A stretch of DNA of 64,000 nucleotides. It comes from Gemmatimonadaceae bacterium (GTDB lineage: Bacteria; Gemmatimonadota; Gemmatimonadetes; Gemmatimonadales; Gemmatimonadaceae). Where the stretch lies: the NCBI GenBank assembly GCA_025930755.1, contig JAICOJ010000006.1, positions 7,109-71,108 on the forward strand, read 5' to 3'. Below the pieces are notes generated by a model. It was given only the letters and a program-made list of their open reading frames with translations, had not been told where the DNA came from and did not search any database. A program made the translations under genes and the position numbers. Of this stretch, positions 39,560 to 48,977 are shown piece by piece (positions within the stretch are counted from its first letter, which is position 1; each line of letters begins with the position of its first letter).

Positions 39560-40288
39560 CTAACTCAGCCGCCAGCGCGCCTCATCCCGAACCTGCCGCA
39601 TGAGCCGATCGGGGGTATTCACGTCGGGGAACAACAGCGTGTCGCTCACCTGGTTGAGCGCAACGCGAAGGCGCTCGAACCGCTCCGCCGCGACGAGGTA
39701 CAGCTGCGACAGGCCGTACTGATGGGCCAGGCGGTGGTCCGCGGCCAGCCGAAACCCGCGGCGGCCCATCTCCGCGTAATAATCGAGATCGGGTCCCCCG
39801 CGCCGCCATTTCCGATGCTCGATGTAGTCCGGGAAGAGGCCGCTTACCCACAGCGCGTAATTCCCGAGATGCGCACGCACGAGGAACGCGCGCCGGGGAT
39901 CAGACCGCTCGGCGTCCTCGAGCAGGGCCGCCAGCGTGTCGTATTGCTCATCGTCGCTCGTACCCGGGCGTGACGCGCGATCCTTGAGACCGAAGTGCAC
40001 GACGATCGCGGCGACGTAGTCCGCCAGCGTACGATCGTCCTCGCCTACCCCGCGCAGGGCATGCCGTACGACCACGTAGCAGAAGAGCGGCAGCGACGCG
40101 CGCCCCCCGAGCGGCTGCTGTACGAGTGCGCCGAGCAGTCGGGGATCGTCGAGCACCGCATCGATGCCCTCTTCGCGCAGCATCGCCTCGGCATCGTCAG
40201 GGCGACCGACGCCGGCGCGCGCGAGGAGATGCACGGCCAGTTGCGCATCATCACGCGTGAGAGATTCGCGAACGTTCGCGAGAATCAT
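39560..40288 (-). CDS. Hypothetical protein
   Basis: The ATG at 40288 is preceded by GGTGGGGGAATC. Composition is coding-like. I recognise no family. Confidence 0.5.
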   Translation of the reverse strand: MILANVRESLTRDDAQLAVHLLARAGVGRPDDAEAMLREEGIDAVLDDPRLLGALVQQPLGGRASLPLFCYVVVRHALRGVGEDDRTLADYVAAIVVHFGLKDRASRPGTSDDEQYDTLAALLEDAERSDPRRAFLVRAHLGNYALWVSGLFPDYIEHRKWRRGGPDLDYYAEMGRRGFRLAADHRLAHQYGLSQLYLVAAERFERLRVALNQVSDTLLFPDVNTPDRLMRQVRDEARWRLS

Positions 40289-40441
40289 GATTCCCCCACC
40301 CGAAACGGAGTCGTTCGTGTTCCCCTGTAGTACACCGAACGTGCCAGCACGTGCGCCCCACAGGGTCCTCATCGTGTGACGATCGCCCGCACCCGGCGTA
40401 AAACACCGCGTTGGCAGTCTCGTCTCGAGGCTGCTAACGAA

Positions 40442-40474
40442 AGGCGCGCGGAGCCGCAGGGGCCCCGCGCGCCT
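40442..40474 (-). terminator. GC-rich stem-loop downstream of the M28 peptidase gene
   Basis: aggcgcgcgg pairs with ccgcgcgcct (10 perfect bp, 13-nt loop), 21 nt after the stop at 40495-40497. On the minus strand it is followed by TTTCGTT. Confidence 0.5.
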
Positions 40475-40494
40475 CGAATTCACGGCGACTGTGC

Positions 40495-42078
40495 TCAACG
40501 ACCAGAACGCGGTCGCTCGGTGCGATTCGCGACTGCGAGCGCCGATCGCATGATCAGCTCCGACACGCGCGTCAGCTTGTCGAAGTCGATCTTCGACACC
40601 TCATCGGTCACCTTGTGATAGTCCTCGTGCAGCCCGGTCGTGTAGAACACGATCGGAATGCCGCGCTTCGCATAGCTGTAATGGTCGCTCCGCAGATAGA
40701 TCTGCTCCGGATGATCCGGCGAATCCCATTCGCGATTGATCGTGAACGGCCGGGGGAGCGCCGTGTTGACCGAATCGACGAGCGCGCCCAGCACGCGGCT
40801 CTGTCCATTCGGGGCCGCGCGTGGTCCCACGAGCATCAGCGAATCCGGTGCGTTGCGCCCGATCATGTCGGCGTTGAGCTGGGCAACGACGGAATCGATC
40901 GGCACCGTGGGGTGCGTCACGAACCATTCCGAGCCGAGCATCCCCGCCTCTTCGCCCGTGTGCCACACGAAGAGCAGCGATCGGCGCGGTCGCTCGGGGG
41001 ACGCCGCGAGTGCGCGCGCGATCGCGACGAGTCCCATGGAGCCCGATCCATCGTCGTCAGCACCGTTCGCGATGGAATCGCGACCCGCCGCCGGTTGCAC
41101 GCCGATGTGGTCGAGATGCGCTCCGAGCGCGACGTAGCTCCGCGACAGCGCTGGATCACGTCCGCGCAGCAGCGCGACGACGTTGTAGCTCTCCGTCTGC
41201 GCACGACCGAGCGTGATCCTCGCCGTGAGATGCCGCCCGAGCGCCTGCGGCTTGTCATCGGCCGGCCAGCCCGACGGCAACAGCGGGGAGCCCGAACGTG
41301 GGCGCGCGAACATGACCATCGGCACCACCCGGCTGGGCTCCTGCTCGCCAGGTCCCAGCTCGAGGGCGCCGCTCGCGACTTCGCTCGCGACGGCGTCGAA
41401 ATCATCCTCGAGCGTCCCCACCGCCATAATGACGATGCCGGCGGCACCACCGTTGAGAATGGCACCCAGCCGCTGACCGAGCTGCTCCGGTGACTCCAGA
41501 CGCGCGCGCGTCGCGGAGTCGGCGTTGGGGGGAGCGCCCCCGAGAAAGACCACCACCTTTCCCGCCAGGTTCAGCCCGGCGAGATCATTCCGATTGAGCT
41601 GCGGTACGCTGAGCGCGTAGCCCGCGAACACGAGCTCGCCTTCGGTCGACAACTGCGTGTGGTAGTCGCCGACCCGGAGGATCGGTGCGACGTCCTCGCC
41701 CAGCTTGAGCTCCGTGGCGCGGCCACGCGACGTCACGAGGAACTTCGTCGTCGGCGCGAAGACCTGACGTGACAGCGGCACGCGCTGGAAGAACCCGCTG
41801 TCACCGGCGGGCTCCAGCCCCGCGGCCGTTAGGCGCTCGGCGATGAATTCGGCGGCCCGCCGCGCCGCGGGCGTCCCTGCCAATCGCCCCTGAAAAGCAT
41901 CGGATGCGAACAGGGTGAGATCCGCGCGGAGCGCAGACACGTCGATCGGAGGAACGACGGTCGGCGGGGCCGCGGTCGGTGTCGATGGCGCCGCTACCGG
42001 CGCGGGCGCCGGATCGCTGACCGGGGTCTGGGAGCAGGCTCCCAGCATGACAAAGAGCAGCGTCGCGAGGCGGCGCAT
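40495..42078 (-). CDS. M28-family aminopeptidase with PA domain (lipoprotein)
   Basis: The lipobox reads LFVMLGAC-S. Metal-ligand regions are GAHLDH, GADDDGSGSMGLVAIA, FVWHTGEEAGMLGS and NADMIGR. Confidence 0.85.
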   Translation of the reverse strand: MRRLATLLFVMLGACSQTPVSDPAPAPVAAPSTPTAAPPTVVPPIDVSALRADLTLFASDAFQGRLAGTPAARRAAEFIAERLTAAGLEPAGDSGFFQRVPLSRQVFAPTTKFLVTSRGRATELKLGEDVAPILRVGDYHTQLSTEGELVFAGYALSVPQLNRNDLAGLNLAGKVVVFLGGAPPNADSATRARLESPEQLGQRLGAILNGGAAGIVIMAVGTLEDDFDAVASEVASGALELGPGEQEPSRVVPMVMFARPRSGSPLLPSGWPADDKPQALGRHLTARITLGRAQTESYNVVALLRGRDPALSRSYVALGAHLDHIGVQPAAGRDSIANGADDDGSGSMGLVAIARALAASPERPRRSLLFVWHTGEEAGMLGSEWFVTHPTVPIDSVVAQLNADMIGRNAPDSLMLVGPRAAPNGQSRVLGALVDSVNTALPRPFTINREWDSPDHPEQIYLRSDHYSYAKRGIPIVFYTTGLHEDYHKVTDEVSKIDFDKLTRVSELIMRSALAVANRTERPRSGR

Positions 42079-42204
42079 GGGGTCTCCGGAGAAGGGTCGG
42101 TGGGGGAACAGGGTCGGAGGCTAACTGTCAGGCACGGGACGGGCAAGCGCGGAACGTTTGCCAACCGGTTCGAAGGGCGTCAGGTTTGTTGACACTGTTC
42201 CGCG

Positions 42205-43002
42205 ATGTCACAGGAACGCAACGCCGCTCGACAGGTATCATCCTCTCACATGCTCTACGTCTGCATTCCGGCCTACGACGAGGCGCCCACCATTGGCTTG
42301 CTCCTGTGGCGCATCCGAAAGGTCTTCGAGAGTTATCCGCGTGAGTACGAGATCGTCGTGCTCAACGATGGAAGCACTGACGGCACGGCTGAGACACTCG
42401 AGCCGTATCGTGAGGTGCTGCCTCTCACCGTCCTGCGACACGAAGAGCGCCGCGGATATGCAGCGGCACTCGAGACGCTCCTGCGGACGGTAGCGCAGCG
42501 CACACGGTATCCGCGTCGCGACGCGGCCATCCTCATGCAGGCGGATTTCACCGATCAGCCCGAGCACCTCCCGGAGCTGATCAAGCGGCATGAAGGTGGC
42601 GCCGATCTCGTCGTGGCCGAGCAGGCACCGACACCCGCGGGCACACCGGTCGCGGTGAGGCGTCTGCGTCGCATTGGCCAATGGCTCCTCCGCCCCTTCG
42701 TCCGCGTGCCGGGAGTGAGGGATCCGCTTGGCTCGTATCGATTGATGCGTATCGCCGTGGTCCGTGATCTGCTCAAGGAGAACGGCGAGGCCCGCCTCCT
42801 CAAGGCAAACGGGTGGGCTGCGAACGTGGAGCTGCTGGCCAAGGCGGCGCGATTCGCGCGACGGATCGAGGTTGTGTCGCTGGAGCCGCGTTATGATCTC
42901 CGTCCACGAGCGACCCGGGTTCGGCCTCTTGCCGGCGCAATGGATCTTTACCGTTTCGGACGGGCCGCGGGGGCTCGCCGAGCCGCACCGACATCGACAT
43001 GA
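42205..43002 (+). CDS. Family 2 glycosyltransferase (polyprenol-phosphate sugar transferase-like)
   Basis: Supporting sequences are CIPAYDEAPTIG, VVLNDGSTDGT and MQADFTDQP. An alternative ATG is at 42250. Confidence 0.8.
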   Translation: MSQERNAARQVSSSHMLYVCIPAYDEAPTIGLLLWRIRKVFESYPREYEIVVLNDGSTDGTAETLEPYREVLPLTVLRHEERRGYAAALETLLRTVAQRTRYPRRDAAILMQADFTDQPEHLPELIKRHEGGADLVVAEQAPTPAGTPVAVRRLRRIGQWLLRPFVRVPGVRDPLGSYRLMRIAVVRDLLKENGEARLLKANGWAANVELLAKAARFARRIEVVSLEPRYDLRPRATRVRPLAGAMDLYRFGRAAGARRAAPTST

Positions 43003-43748
43003 CAACAACTCTGCTGGCTGACGTGCTCGCGATCGTCGTTGCCCTCACGACGTCCGTCGAGCCTGCCCGACAGGTCCCGGTCCCCTTCTCCATTGGCGAG
43101 CGCCTGGAGTACGACGTGAAGTTCGGCGTGCTCAAGGTGGGCAACGGCAAGATGGAGGTCCTGGGCATCGAGACCATCCGTGGACGCGAAGCCTGGCATA
43201 CGGCGTTCACCGTGAAGGGTGGAACGTTCTTCTACAAGGTGAACGATCGGCTCGAGAGCTGGATCGACGTAGAGACGTTCGCCTCGCTGCGCCACGTGCA
43301 GGACCTGCAGGAAGGCAAACGTGATCGCGAGCGCCGCTTCGAGATCTATCCCGACCGCCTCGTGTACACGGAGAACGAAAGCGAGGAGCGGCCAACGGCG
43401 CGCGATCCGCTCGACGACGGATCGTTCCTGTACTTCATTCGGACCGTCCCACTCTCGGTGGGGCAGACGTACGATTTCCCCCGCTACTTCAAGCCCGATC
43501 GGAATCCCGTACGCGTGCGCGTCCTGCGAAAGGAGTCGGTGAAGGTTCCGGCGGGACGATTCGATGCCATCGTCATTCAGCCGATCATCAAGTCGAAGGG
43601 CATCTTCTCGGAGAACGGGCAGGCCGAGATCTGGTTGTCGGACGACGACCGCCGTATCATGCTGCAGATGAAGTCGAATCTGTCGTTCGGCACCCTCAAC
43701 CTGTACCTGAAATCGTACACCGCCGGGACGGCGACCGCGGCGCAGTGA
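42999..43748 (+). CDS. DUF3108-like protein
   Basis: GERLEYDVKFGVLKVGNGKMEV and a C-terminal FGTLNLYLKSY match my memory of DUF3108. The start overlaps the GT2 stop by 4 nt. Confidence 0.65.
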   Translation: MTTTLLADVLAIVVALTTSVEPARQVPVPFSIGERLEYDVKFGVLKVGNGKMEVLGIETIRGREAWHTAFTVKGGTFFYKVNDRLESWIDVETFASLRHVQDLQEGKRDRERRFEIYPDRLVYTENESEERPTARDPLDDGSFLYFIRTVPLSVGQTYDFPRYFKPDRNPVRVRVLRKESVKVPAGRFDAIVIQPIIKSKGIFSENGQAEIWLSDDDRRIMLQMKSNLSFGTLNLYLKSYTAGTATAAQ

Positions 43749-44731
43749 CGCCAGAGGCGGACCTCTCGCAGGTCCGCACCGTCCCCATCGCGCACCGGCC
43801 GAACAAGGTACGCGCCGAAGAGTTCGCTGCGCCTCCTGGCGCGGATCGCTCTTTCGGCGCGTTCGTGCGTTCACTCCCCGACGTGCTGGCGGCGCGCGAC
43901 TTCCGCCGCATCGTTGAGGCGCTGGCCCACGCGGCGAGGCGTCGCGCCGTCGTCGCGATGGTCGGCGGTCACGTGGTGAAGACGGGACTCGCGCCCGTGC
44001 TGCTCGAGCTGATGCGGCAGCGGGTGATCACACACCTCGCCATGAACGGATCGGCGGCGATCCACGACTATGAAGTCGCGCGCTGGGGAGGAACGTCCGA
44101 GGATGTCGCCGCTGGACTGCGCGACGGCACGTTCGGAATGGCCGAAGAGACGGGCCGCGAGATGAACGAGGCGATCACGCGGGGACACCGCTCGGGATGG
44201 GGAATGGGAGAAGCGCTCGCCCGGGCTCTTGCGGCACGCTCCGATCTCGCGCATGCCGAGCTCTCGCTCATGATCGGCGCGCACGCGCTCGGCATCGCGA
44301 CGACGGTTCACGCGGCGATCGGCGCGGAGATCATCCATCAGCACCCCGCGGCGGACGGCGCGGCGATCGGGGATACCAGCCATCGCGACTTTCGGCGCCT
44401 CGCGGCGTCCCTCCCGTCGCTCCACGACGGTGGCGTCGTGCTCAATCTCGGCAGCGCCGTGATCCTCCCCGAGGTGTTTCTCAAGGCGCTGACCATCGCC
44501 CGCAATCTCGGGGGCGGACGGCCGACGCATTTCACCACATGCGACTTCGACATGCTCCGCCATTATCGGCCACGCGTGAACGTCGTCCAGCGACCGACGC
44601 TCGAGGGAGGCGCCGGCTACGAAGTCACGGGGCATCACGAAATCATGGTGCCCTTGCTGGCCTGGTCGGTGATCGAGCTGCTCGACCGGGGAACGGCGAC
44701 GAGCGGGCGGCCGGACGGGAAATCGCGCTAG
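43745..44731 (+). CDS. Conserved hypothetical protein, possibly deoxyhypusine-synthase-like (DHS fold)
   Basis: The segment GGHVVKTGLAPVLLELMRQRVITHLAMNGSAAIHDYEVA resembles the bacterial DHS-family core. The product call is weak. The start overlaps the preceding stop by 4 nt. Confidence 0.45.
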   Translation: MTPEADLSQVRTVPIAHRPNKVRAEEFAAPPGADRSFGAFVRSLPDVLAARDFRRIVEALAHAARRRAVVAMVGGHVVKTGLAPVLLELMRQRVITHLAMNGSAAIHDYEVARWGGTSEDVAAGLRDGTFGMAEETGREMNEAITRGHRSGWGMGEALARALAARSDLAHAELSLMIGAHALGIATTVHAAIGAEIIHQHPAADGAAIGDTSHRDFRRLAASLPSLHDGGVVLNLGSAVILPEVFLKALTIARNLGGGRPTHFTTCDFDMLRHYRPRVNVVQRPTLEGGAGYEVTGHHEIMVPLLAWSVIELLDRGTATSGRPDGKSR

Positions 44732-45213
44732 CCCTGCGCGATGCCTTCTCTGCCTAACGTCCGCCGAACGTATCCCATCTGGCCGACGTGATAGCCTTCG
44801 TGGAAGAGTGCGAACACGATCGCCCCGCGGAGCGTCCCATCCGTCGAGGGAATTTTCACCTGCAGCGGCCCCTGGAGCTCCCCGTCGCTCATGCCGCCAA
44901 GCCGTGAGCGCAGCGCTTTTCCCGCCGCCTCCCAGGCGCCCCGAATCTCCTCCAGCGCGGGATACTCCTCAGCCGCTGGAGCCGGCGCGCCTCGCGTAAA
45001 CAGGGACGGCCACGGAACCGCGTGCTCGACCCCGAGCAGGCGCGCGAGCCGCGCGCGGCTCTGCGCAAGGTGGCCGGCCATCCACAGCATCGGATTCGAG
45101 TTGTCGCAGGGGGACTCCGTCAGCTCCGTGGGATCGAGACCGTGCAGAGCCTTCGCGTAGAGGTTGTCGACGACATCCATGAGGCCGAGCACGTGAGTGA
45201 TCGCTTGATCCAT
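44728..45213 (-). CDS. DinB-family protein
   Basis: The four-helix DinB pattern is present, with conserved His in MAGHLAQSRARLARLLG and FALFHEGYHVGQMGYVRR. The ATG is at 45213. Confidence 0.8.
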   Translation of the reverse strand: MDQAITHVLGLMDVVDNLYAKALHGLDPTELTESPCDNSNPMLWMAGHLAQSRARLARLLGVEHAVPWPSLFTRGAPAPAAEEYPALEEIRGAWEAAGKALRSRLGGMSDGELQGPLQVKIPSTDGTLRGAIVFALFHEGYHVGQMGYVRRTLGREGIAQG

Positions 45214-45264
45214 GTGGCTGGTCCCGGTAGGGGTGGCTCCGGCATACTCCGGTATAACGCACAC

Positions 45265-45306
45265 GATGCGGGCGAAAGATCCGTGCTCGGATCCTCCGCC
45301 CGCATC
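45265..45306 (-). terminator. Compound GC stem-loop after the small membrane-protein gene
   Basis: gatgcgggcg pairs with cgcccgcatc (10 bp), enclosing gatccg-tgct-cggatc. It lies 26 nt downstream of the stop at 45332-45334. There is no U tract. Confidence 0.4.
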
Positions 45307-45331
45307 TGGTCTCCCGGGAACCGCCAGCCAA

Positions 45332-45556
45332 CTAGGCCGTCGGACCGCTCCAGCGCTCGCGCAGCCGTCGAGCCGTTTCGGGGCTCACAATCCGGATGAC
45401 GAGGTAGACGATCAAACCGACGATCGCGATCCGAATCGCGAGGCCGAGAAGAAAGAGCGCGAGACCGATGAGTCCCTTGAGAATGCCGAACACGAAGCTG
45501 AGGAGAAAAAGCCCCAGCACGGCCAGCGCGCCAATCGTGAATATGGTACGAAGCAT
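45332..45556 (-). CDS. Small two-TM membrane protein (74 aa)
   Basis: The sequence begins MLRTIFTIGALAVLGLFLLSFVFGILKGLIGLALFLLGLAIRIAIVGLIVYLVIRIV... GGAG lies 9 nt upstream of the ATG at 45556. It is masked in the track by a 470-aa spurious ORF. Confidence 0.6.
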   Translation of the reverse strand: MLRTIFTIGALAVLGLFLLSFVFGILKGLIGLALFLLGLAIRIAIVGLIVYLVIRIVSPETARRLRERWSGPTA

Positions 45557-45607
45557 CTCTGTAAGCTCCAGGCGGTTGCTGTGAGTACTACGCGCGAGGC
45601 GCGCGCG

Positions 45608-46690
45608 GTGTTTCACCACGATGTCGTCGTCGTGGGCGGCGGGCTCATCGGGCTCGCCTGCGCGTCCGCCATTGCACGCGAGGGCCTCCGCGTGGTGGTC
45701 GTGGCCTCGGCGGATCAGGGAGCAGCCTCGCCCGCCTCGGCGGGCATCCTGGCGCCTACGGTGGGCAAAGCCACCGACGCAACGCGAGCGCTGGCGATCA
45801 CGGCTCGCGATCTCTACCCCGGATTCCTCGAGGCGCTTGCCGAACGCACCGGGTTGCATGTCCCGCTCGATCGGTCGGGCATACTGGAGCTCGCGCTCCG
45901 TGACGCGGAGGCCTCGGCCCTGCGCGCAAGCCTGCGGTCCGGGTCGGAGTGGATCGACGATACGGAGCTTCGCAGGCTCGAGCCCCTGATCGCCCCAGGC
46001 GTTGGCGGCGTGTTGCACCATGAGGACGGCGCCGTCGACGCGCCCGCGCTGCTCGCAGCGCTCACGGCAGACGTCCGCGGGGATCCCCACATTTCCCTTT
46101 TCGATCACCGCGTTACGGGGATTGACGCGGCGCAGCAACCTCTCGTGGCCGAGCTCGCCGGTGGCGAACGGGTCGAAGCGGACTATGTAGTCGTCGCGGC
46201 CGGCGCCTGGGTTGGATCGATTCGAGGGCTTCCACGTCCGCTGCCGGTAACTCCCGTCCGGGGGCAAATGCTCGCGTTCGACGGGCCCCGAATGCGGCAC
46301 GTTGTCATGGGCTCTCGTGGTTACCTGGTCCAGAGAGGTAACTCGTCGCTGGTCGGGGGCACTATGGAGCACGCTGGGTTCGACGCGGGCACCACGGCCG
46401 AGGGAGCAGGCCTGCTTCAGCAACTGGCGATCGAGTTGTCGCCATCCTTCGCCCACCGACGCGTGCGCGCGCATTGGGCCGGCCTTCGGCCGATGACCCC
46501 CGATCTCCTTCCCATCATCGGGGCAGATCCCGACTTCGGGCGGCTCTTCTATGCCTGCGGTCACTCGAAGAACGGCGTGCTGCTGGCACCGCTCACGGCG
46601 CGGATCATAGGCGAGTTGGTCGCCCGGGGGCGGACCTCGGTCGACGTGACACCCTACGCCCCCAACCGTTCCTGGAAGATCGATCGTTAG
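45608..46690 (+). CDS. FAD-dependent oxidoreductase, glycine oxidase (ThiO)/DAO-like
   Basis: The dinucleotide-binding motif DVVVVGGGLIGLACASAIAREG is present, along with a C-terminal GHSKNGVLLAP. The GTG at 45608 lies within track ORF 45212..46690. Confidence 0.8.
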   Translation: MFHHDVVVVGGGLIGLACASAIAREGLRVVVVASADQGAASPASAGILAPTVGKATDATRALAITARDLYPGFLEALAERTGLHVPLDRSGILELALRDAEASALRASLRSGSEWIDDTELRRLEPLIAPGVGGVLHHEDGAVDAPALLAALTADVRGDPHISLFDHRVTGIDAAQQPLVAELAGGERVEADYVVVAAGAWVGSIRGLPRPLPVTPVRGQMLAFDGPRMRHVVMGSRGYLVQRGNSSLVGGTMEHAGFDAGTTAEGAGLLQQLAIELSPSFAHRRVRAHWAGLRPMTPDLLPIIGADPDFGRLFYACGHSKNGVLLAPLTARIIGELVARGRTSVDVTPYAPNRSWKIDR

Positions 46691-46933
46691 GCGGGTGCGT
46701 CCTCGGGTCCGGCGCCTCGAGCGGCACGACGGGTGCGGTTCCACGACCGCTCAGCGGCGTCGGAAATGGGGGCGCCGCGTGGAATAACCGCCGAAACGGT
46801 CGCGCAAAGGTTAGCAACTGCTACCGAAGCCAGCCGCAACGGGATAGCTTACCGGTGCGTCGACGCGAACGGGGGAAACTGGCCACGGCGACCCTGCGTT
46901 TCCACTTCCGGACACCTCACACCCCGGACGACA

Positions 46934-47851
46934 TTGGCGGACACGCTTTACCAGATTCTGGGCCGCCGCCGAGCGGCCCCGCTCCCCGAGCGGAAGCCCT
47001 CGTGGCTCAAGGTGCGGGCCCCCGGCGGACCGAACTACTCCCGCCTCAAGCACCTCATGCGGGAGCTCGACCTCCACACCGTGTGCGAGGAAGCGCACTG
47101 CCCCAACGTCGGCGAGTGTTGGGAGCACGGCACCGCGACGTTCATGGTCCTCGGCGACGTGTGCACTCGCAACTGCGCCTACTGCGCGGTCGCGCATGGA
47201 CGGCCCCCAAGGTACGATATCGGAGAGCCGGCTCGTGTCGCGCAGGCGATCGCCGAGATGCGGCTCCGGCACGCCGTCATTACATCGGTCGATCGCGACG
47301 ATCTCCCCGACTTCGGCGCGTACATCTTCGCCGAGACCATCCGGCAGATTCACGACCAGGTTCCGGGGTGCTCCGTCGAAGTGCTCGTACCCGACTTCCA
47401 GGGGAATGAATCCAGCATCCGAACGGTGCTGGACGCGCGCCCCGAGATCTACAATCACAACACGGAAACGGTGCCGCGCCTGTACAAGCGCTGCCGACCC
47501 GGCGGTCGCTACGAGCGTGTGATGGGGATCTTCCGCTATGTGAAGTCGTACGCGCCCGATATCCCGACGAAAACGGGAATCATCCTCGGGATGGGCGAGA
47601 CGATCGAAGAGGTGCTGGTGACGATGCGCGACCTCCGCGAGGTCGACGTCGACATCCTCACCCTTGGACAGTACCTGCGCCCGTCCGCTGACCACCTTCC
47701 GCTCGACCGCTACGTGACGCCGGACGAGTTCGCGCTCCTTCGCCAGGAAGGGTTGGCGATGGGCTTCAAGCACGTGGAGTCGGGCCCCCTCGTTCGATCC
47801 AGCTACCACGCCTGGGAGCAGGTACAGGCCGCGAATCTGGTGACCCCATGA
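46934..47851 (+). CDS. lipA: Lipoyl synthase
   Basis: Supporting sequences are PSWLKVRAP, CEEAHCPNVGECW and the radical-SAM motif CTRNCAYC. The track ORF begins at a GTG at 46733, but the first ~67 codons have poor GC3. I place the start at the TTG at 46934, which is uncertain. Confidence 0.85.
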   Translation: MADTLYQILGRRRAAPLPERKPSWLKVRAPGGPNYSRLKHLMRELDLHTVCEEAHCPNVGECWEHGTATFMVLGDVCTRNCAYCAVAHGRPPRYDIGEPARVAQAIAEMRLRHAVITSVDRDDLPDFGAYIFAETIRQIHDQVPGCSVEVLVPDFQGNESSIRTVLDARPEIYNHNTETVPRLYKRCRPGGRYERVMGIFRYVKSYAPDIPTKTGIILGMGETIEEVLVTMRDLREVDVDILTLGQYLRPSADHLPLDRYVTPDEFALLRQEGLAMGFKHVESGPLVRSSYHAWEQVQAANLVTP

Positions 47852-48966
47852 GAGACGTGAGCCGTTCACGCCGCCGCTCGCCGGCACGAAGCGCAGGCGA
47901 CGCCAGCGCATCGAATTCCACGACGACCGACATGCCACAGAAGAAGAGCAGCGAGCAGAATGGTGCGAGCGGTTCCATCGACGCCGCCGCGCGCGGCGAC
48001 GCGGCGCTGCGGCGTGACTTGCTTCGGGAAATGCTGCTCATTCGACGCTTCGAGGAGCGGTGCGCAGAGGCGTACGCCATCGGCAAGATCGGCGGCTTCT
48101 GCCACCTCTACATCGGGCAGGAGGGCGTCGGCGTCGGAGCGATTTCGTCGTTGCGCGAGGATGATTACGTGATCGCGAGCTATCGCGAGCACGGCCAGGC
48201 GCTCGCACGAGGAATATCGCCGCGTGCGGTCATGGCGGAGCTCTTTGGGCGCGTCGACGGGTGCTCGAAGGGCAAGGGCGGCTCGATGCACCTCTTCGAC
48301 CGCAACGTGAACTTCCTCGGCGGACACGGCATCGTCGGCGGCCATCTCCCGATCGCCACCGGCGTCGGGTTCGCCATCAAGTATCGCGGCGGCGACCAGG
48401 TGTGCGTGTGCTTTTTCGGCGAAGCGGCCGTCAACAACGGCGCGTTCCACGAGGCGCTCAACATGGCCGCGCTCTGGAAGCTGCCCGTGATCTACCTCAT
48501 CGAGAACAACCGGTACGGCATGGGCACCGCGCTCGAGCGCGCCTCCGCCATCAACGACATCGCCGAGCGCGCGTGCTCGTACGATATGCCGAGCGAAGTC
48601 GTGGACGGGCAGGATGTGCTGGCGGTGCGCGCCGCCACGATGCGCGCGCTGCAGCGCGCACGGAGCGAGTCGATTCCAACGCTCCTCGAGGTGCGGACAT
48701 ACCGATTCATGGGTCACTCGATGTCCGATGCCGTGAGCGGGACCTATCGCAGCAAGGAGGAGCTCGAGGAGCACATGAAGCGGGATCCCATCGTCGTGCT
48801 CCGCATGACGATGGAACAGGAGGACGGCTGGACCGACGCCGATACATCGAAGCTCGACGAGGAGGTCAAGGCCGTCGTGCAGGACGCATGGGACTTCGCC
48901 GACGCGAGCCCGGAGCCTCCCCTCGAGGCGCTGTACGAGGACGTCTTCGTCGACACGACCTCCTGA
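47848..48966 (+). CDS. pdhA: Pyruvate dehydrogenase (acetyl-transferring) E1 alpha subunit
   Basis: Supporting sequences are MLLIRRFEERC, the TPP-binding region GEAAVNNGAFHEALN and YRFMGHSMSD. The ATG at 47848 overlaps the lipA stop as ATGA. An alternative ATG is at 47932. Confidence 0.9.
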   Translation: MRDVSRSRRRSPARSAGDASASNSTTTDMPQKKSSEQNGASGSIDAAARGDAALRRDLLREMLLIRRFEERCAEAYAIGKIGGFCHLYIGQEGVGVGAISSLREDDYVIASYREHGQALARGISPRAVMAELFGRVDGCSKGKGGSMHLFDRNVNFLGGHGIVGGHLPIATGVGFAIKYRGGDQVCVCFFGEAAVNNGAFHEALNMAALWKLPVIYLIENNRYGMGTALERASAINDIAERACSYDMPSEVVDGQDVLAVRAATMRALQRARSESIPTLLEVRTYRFMGHSMSDAVSGTYRSKEELEEHMKRDPIVVLRMTMEQEDGWTDADTSKLDEEVKAVVQDAWDFADASPEPPLEALYEDVFVDTTS

Positions 48967-48977
48967 TCCTCACGACC

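Noticed and set aside
42188-42193. TTGACA hexamer upstream of the GT2 gene as a -35 box
   Set aside because: No acceptable -10 hexamer lies 16-18 nt downstream; the sequence there is aggaac. This is too weak to call.
45557-45607. TPP riboswitch upstream of the ThiO-like gene
   Set aside because: The intergenic region is only 51 nt and lacks the CUGAGA/ACCUGA elements.
45557-46744. Upstream part of the 470-aa minus-strand ORF (45332..46744)
   Set aside because: It is antisense to the FAD oxidase gene. Only the last 74 codons form a plausible small membrane protein, with its own GGAG and ATG.
46733-46933. N-terminal extension of lipA from the GTG at 46733
   Set aside because: It has poor third-position G/C bias compared with the rest of the gene. 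LipA homologues I recall begin shortly before the PSWLK motif. I treat this stretch as leader, but with uncertainty.
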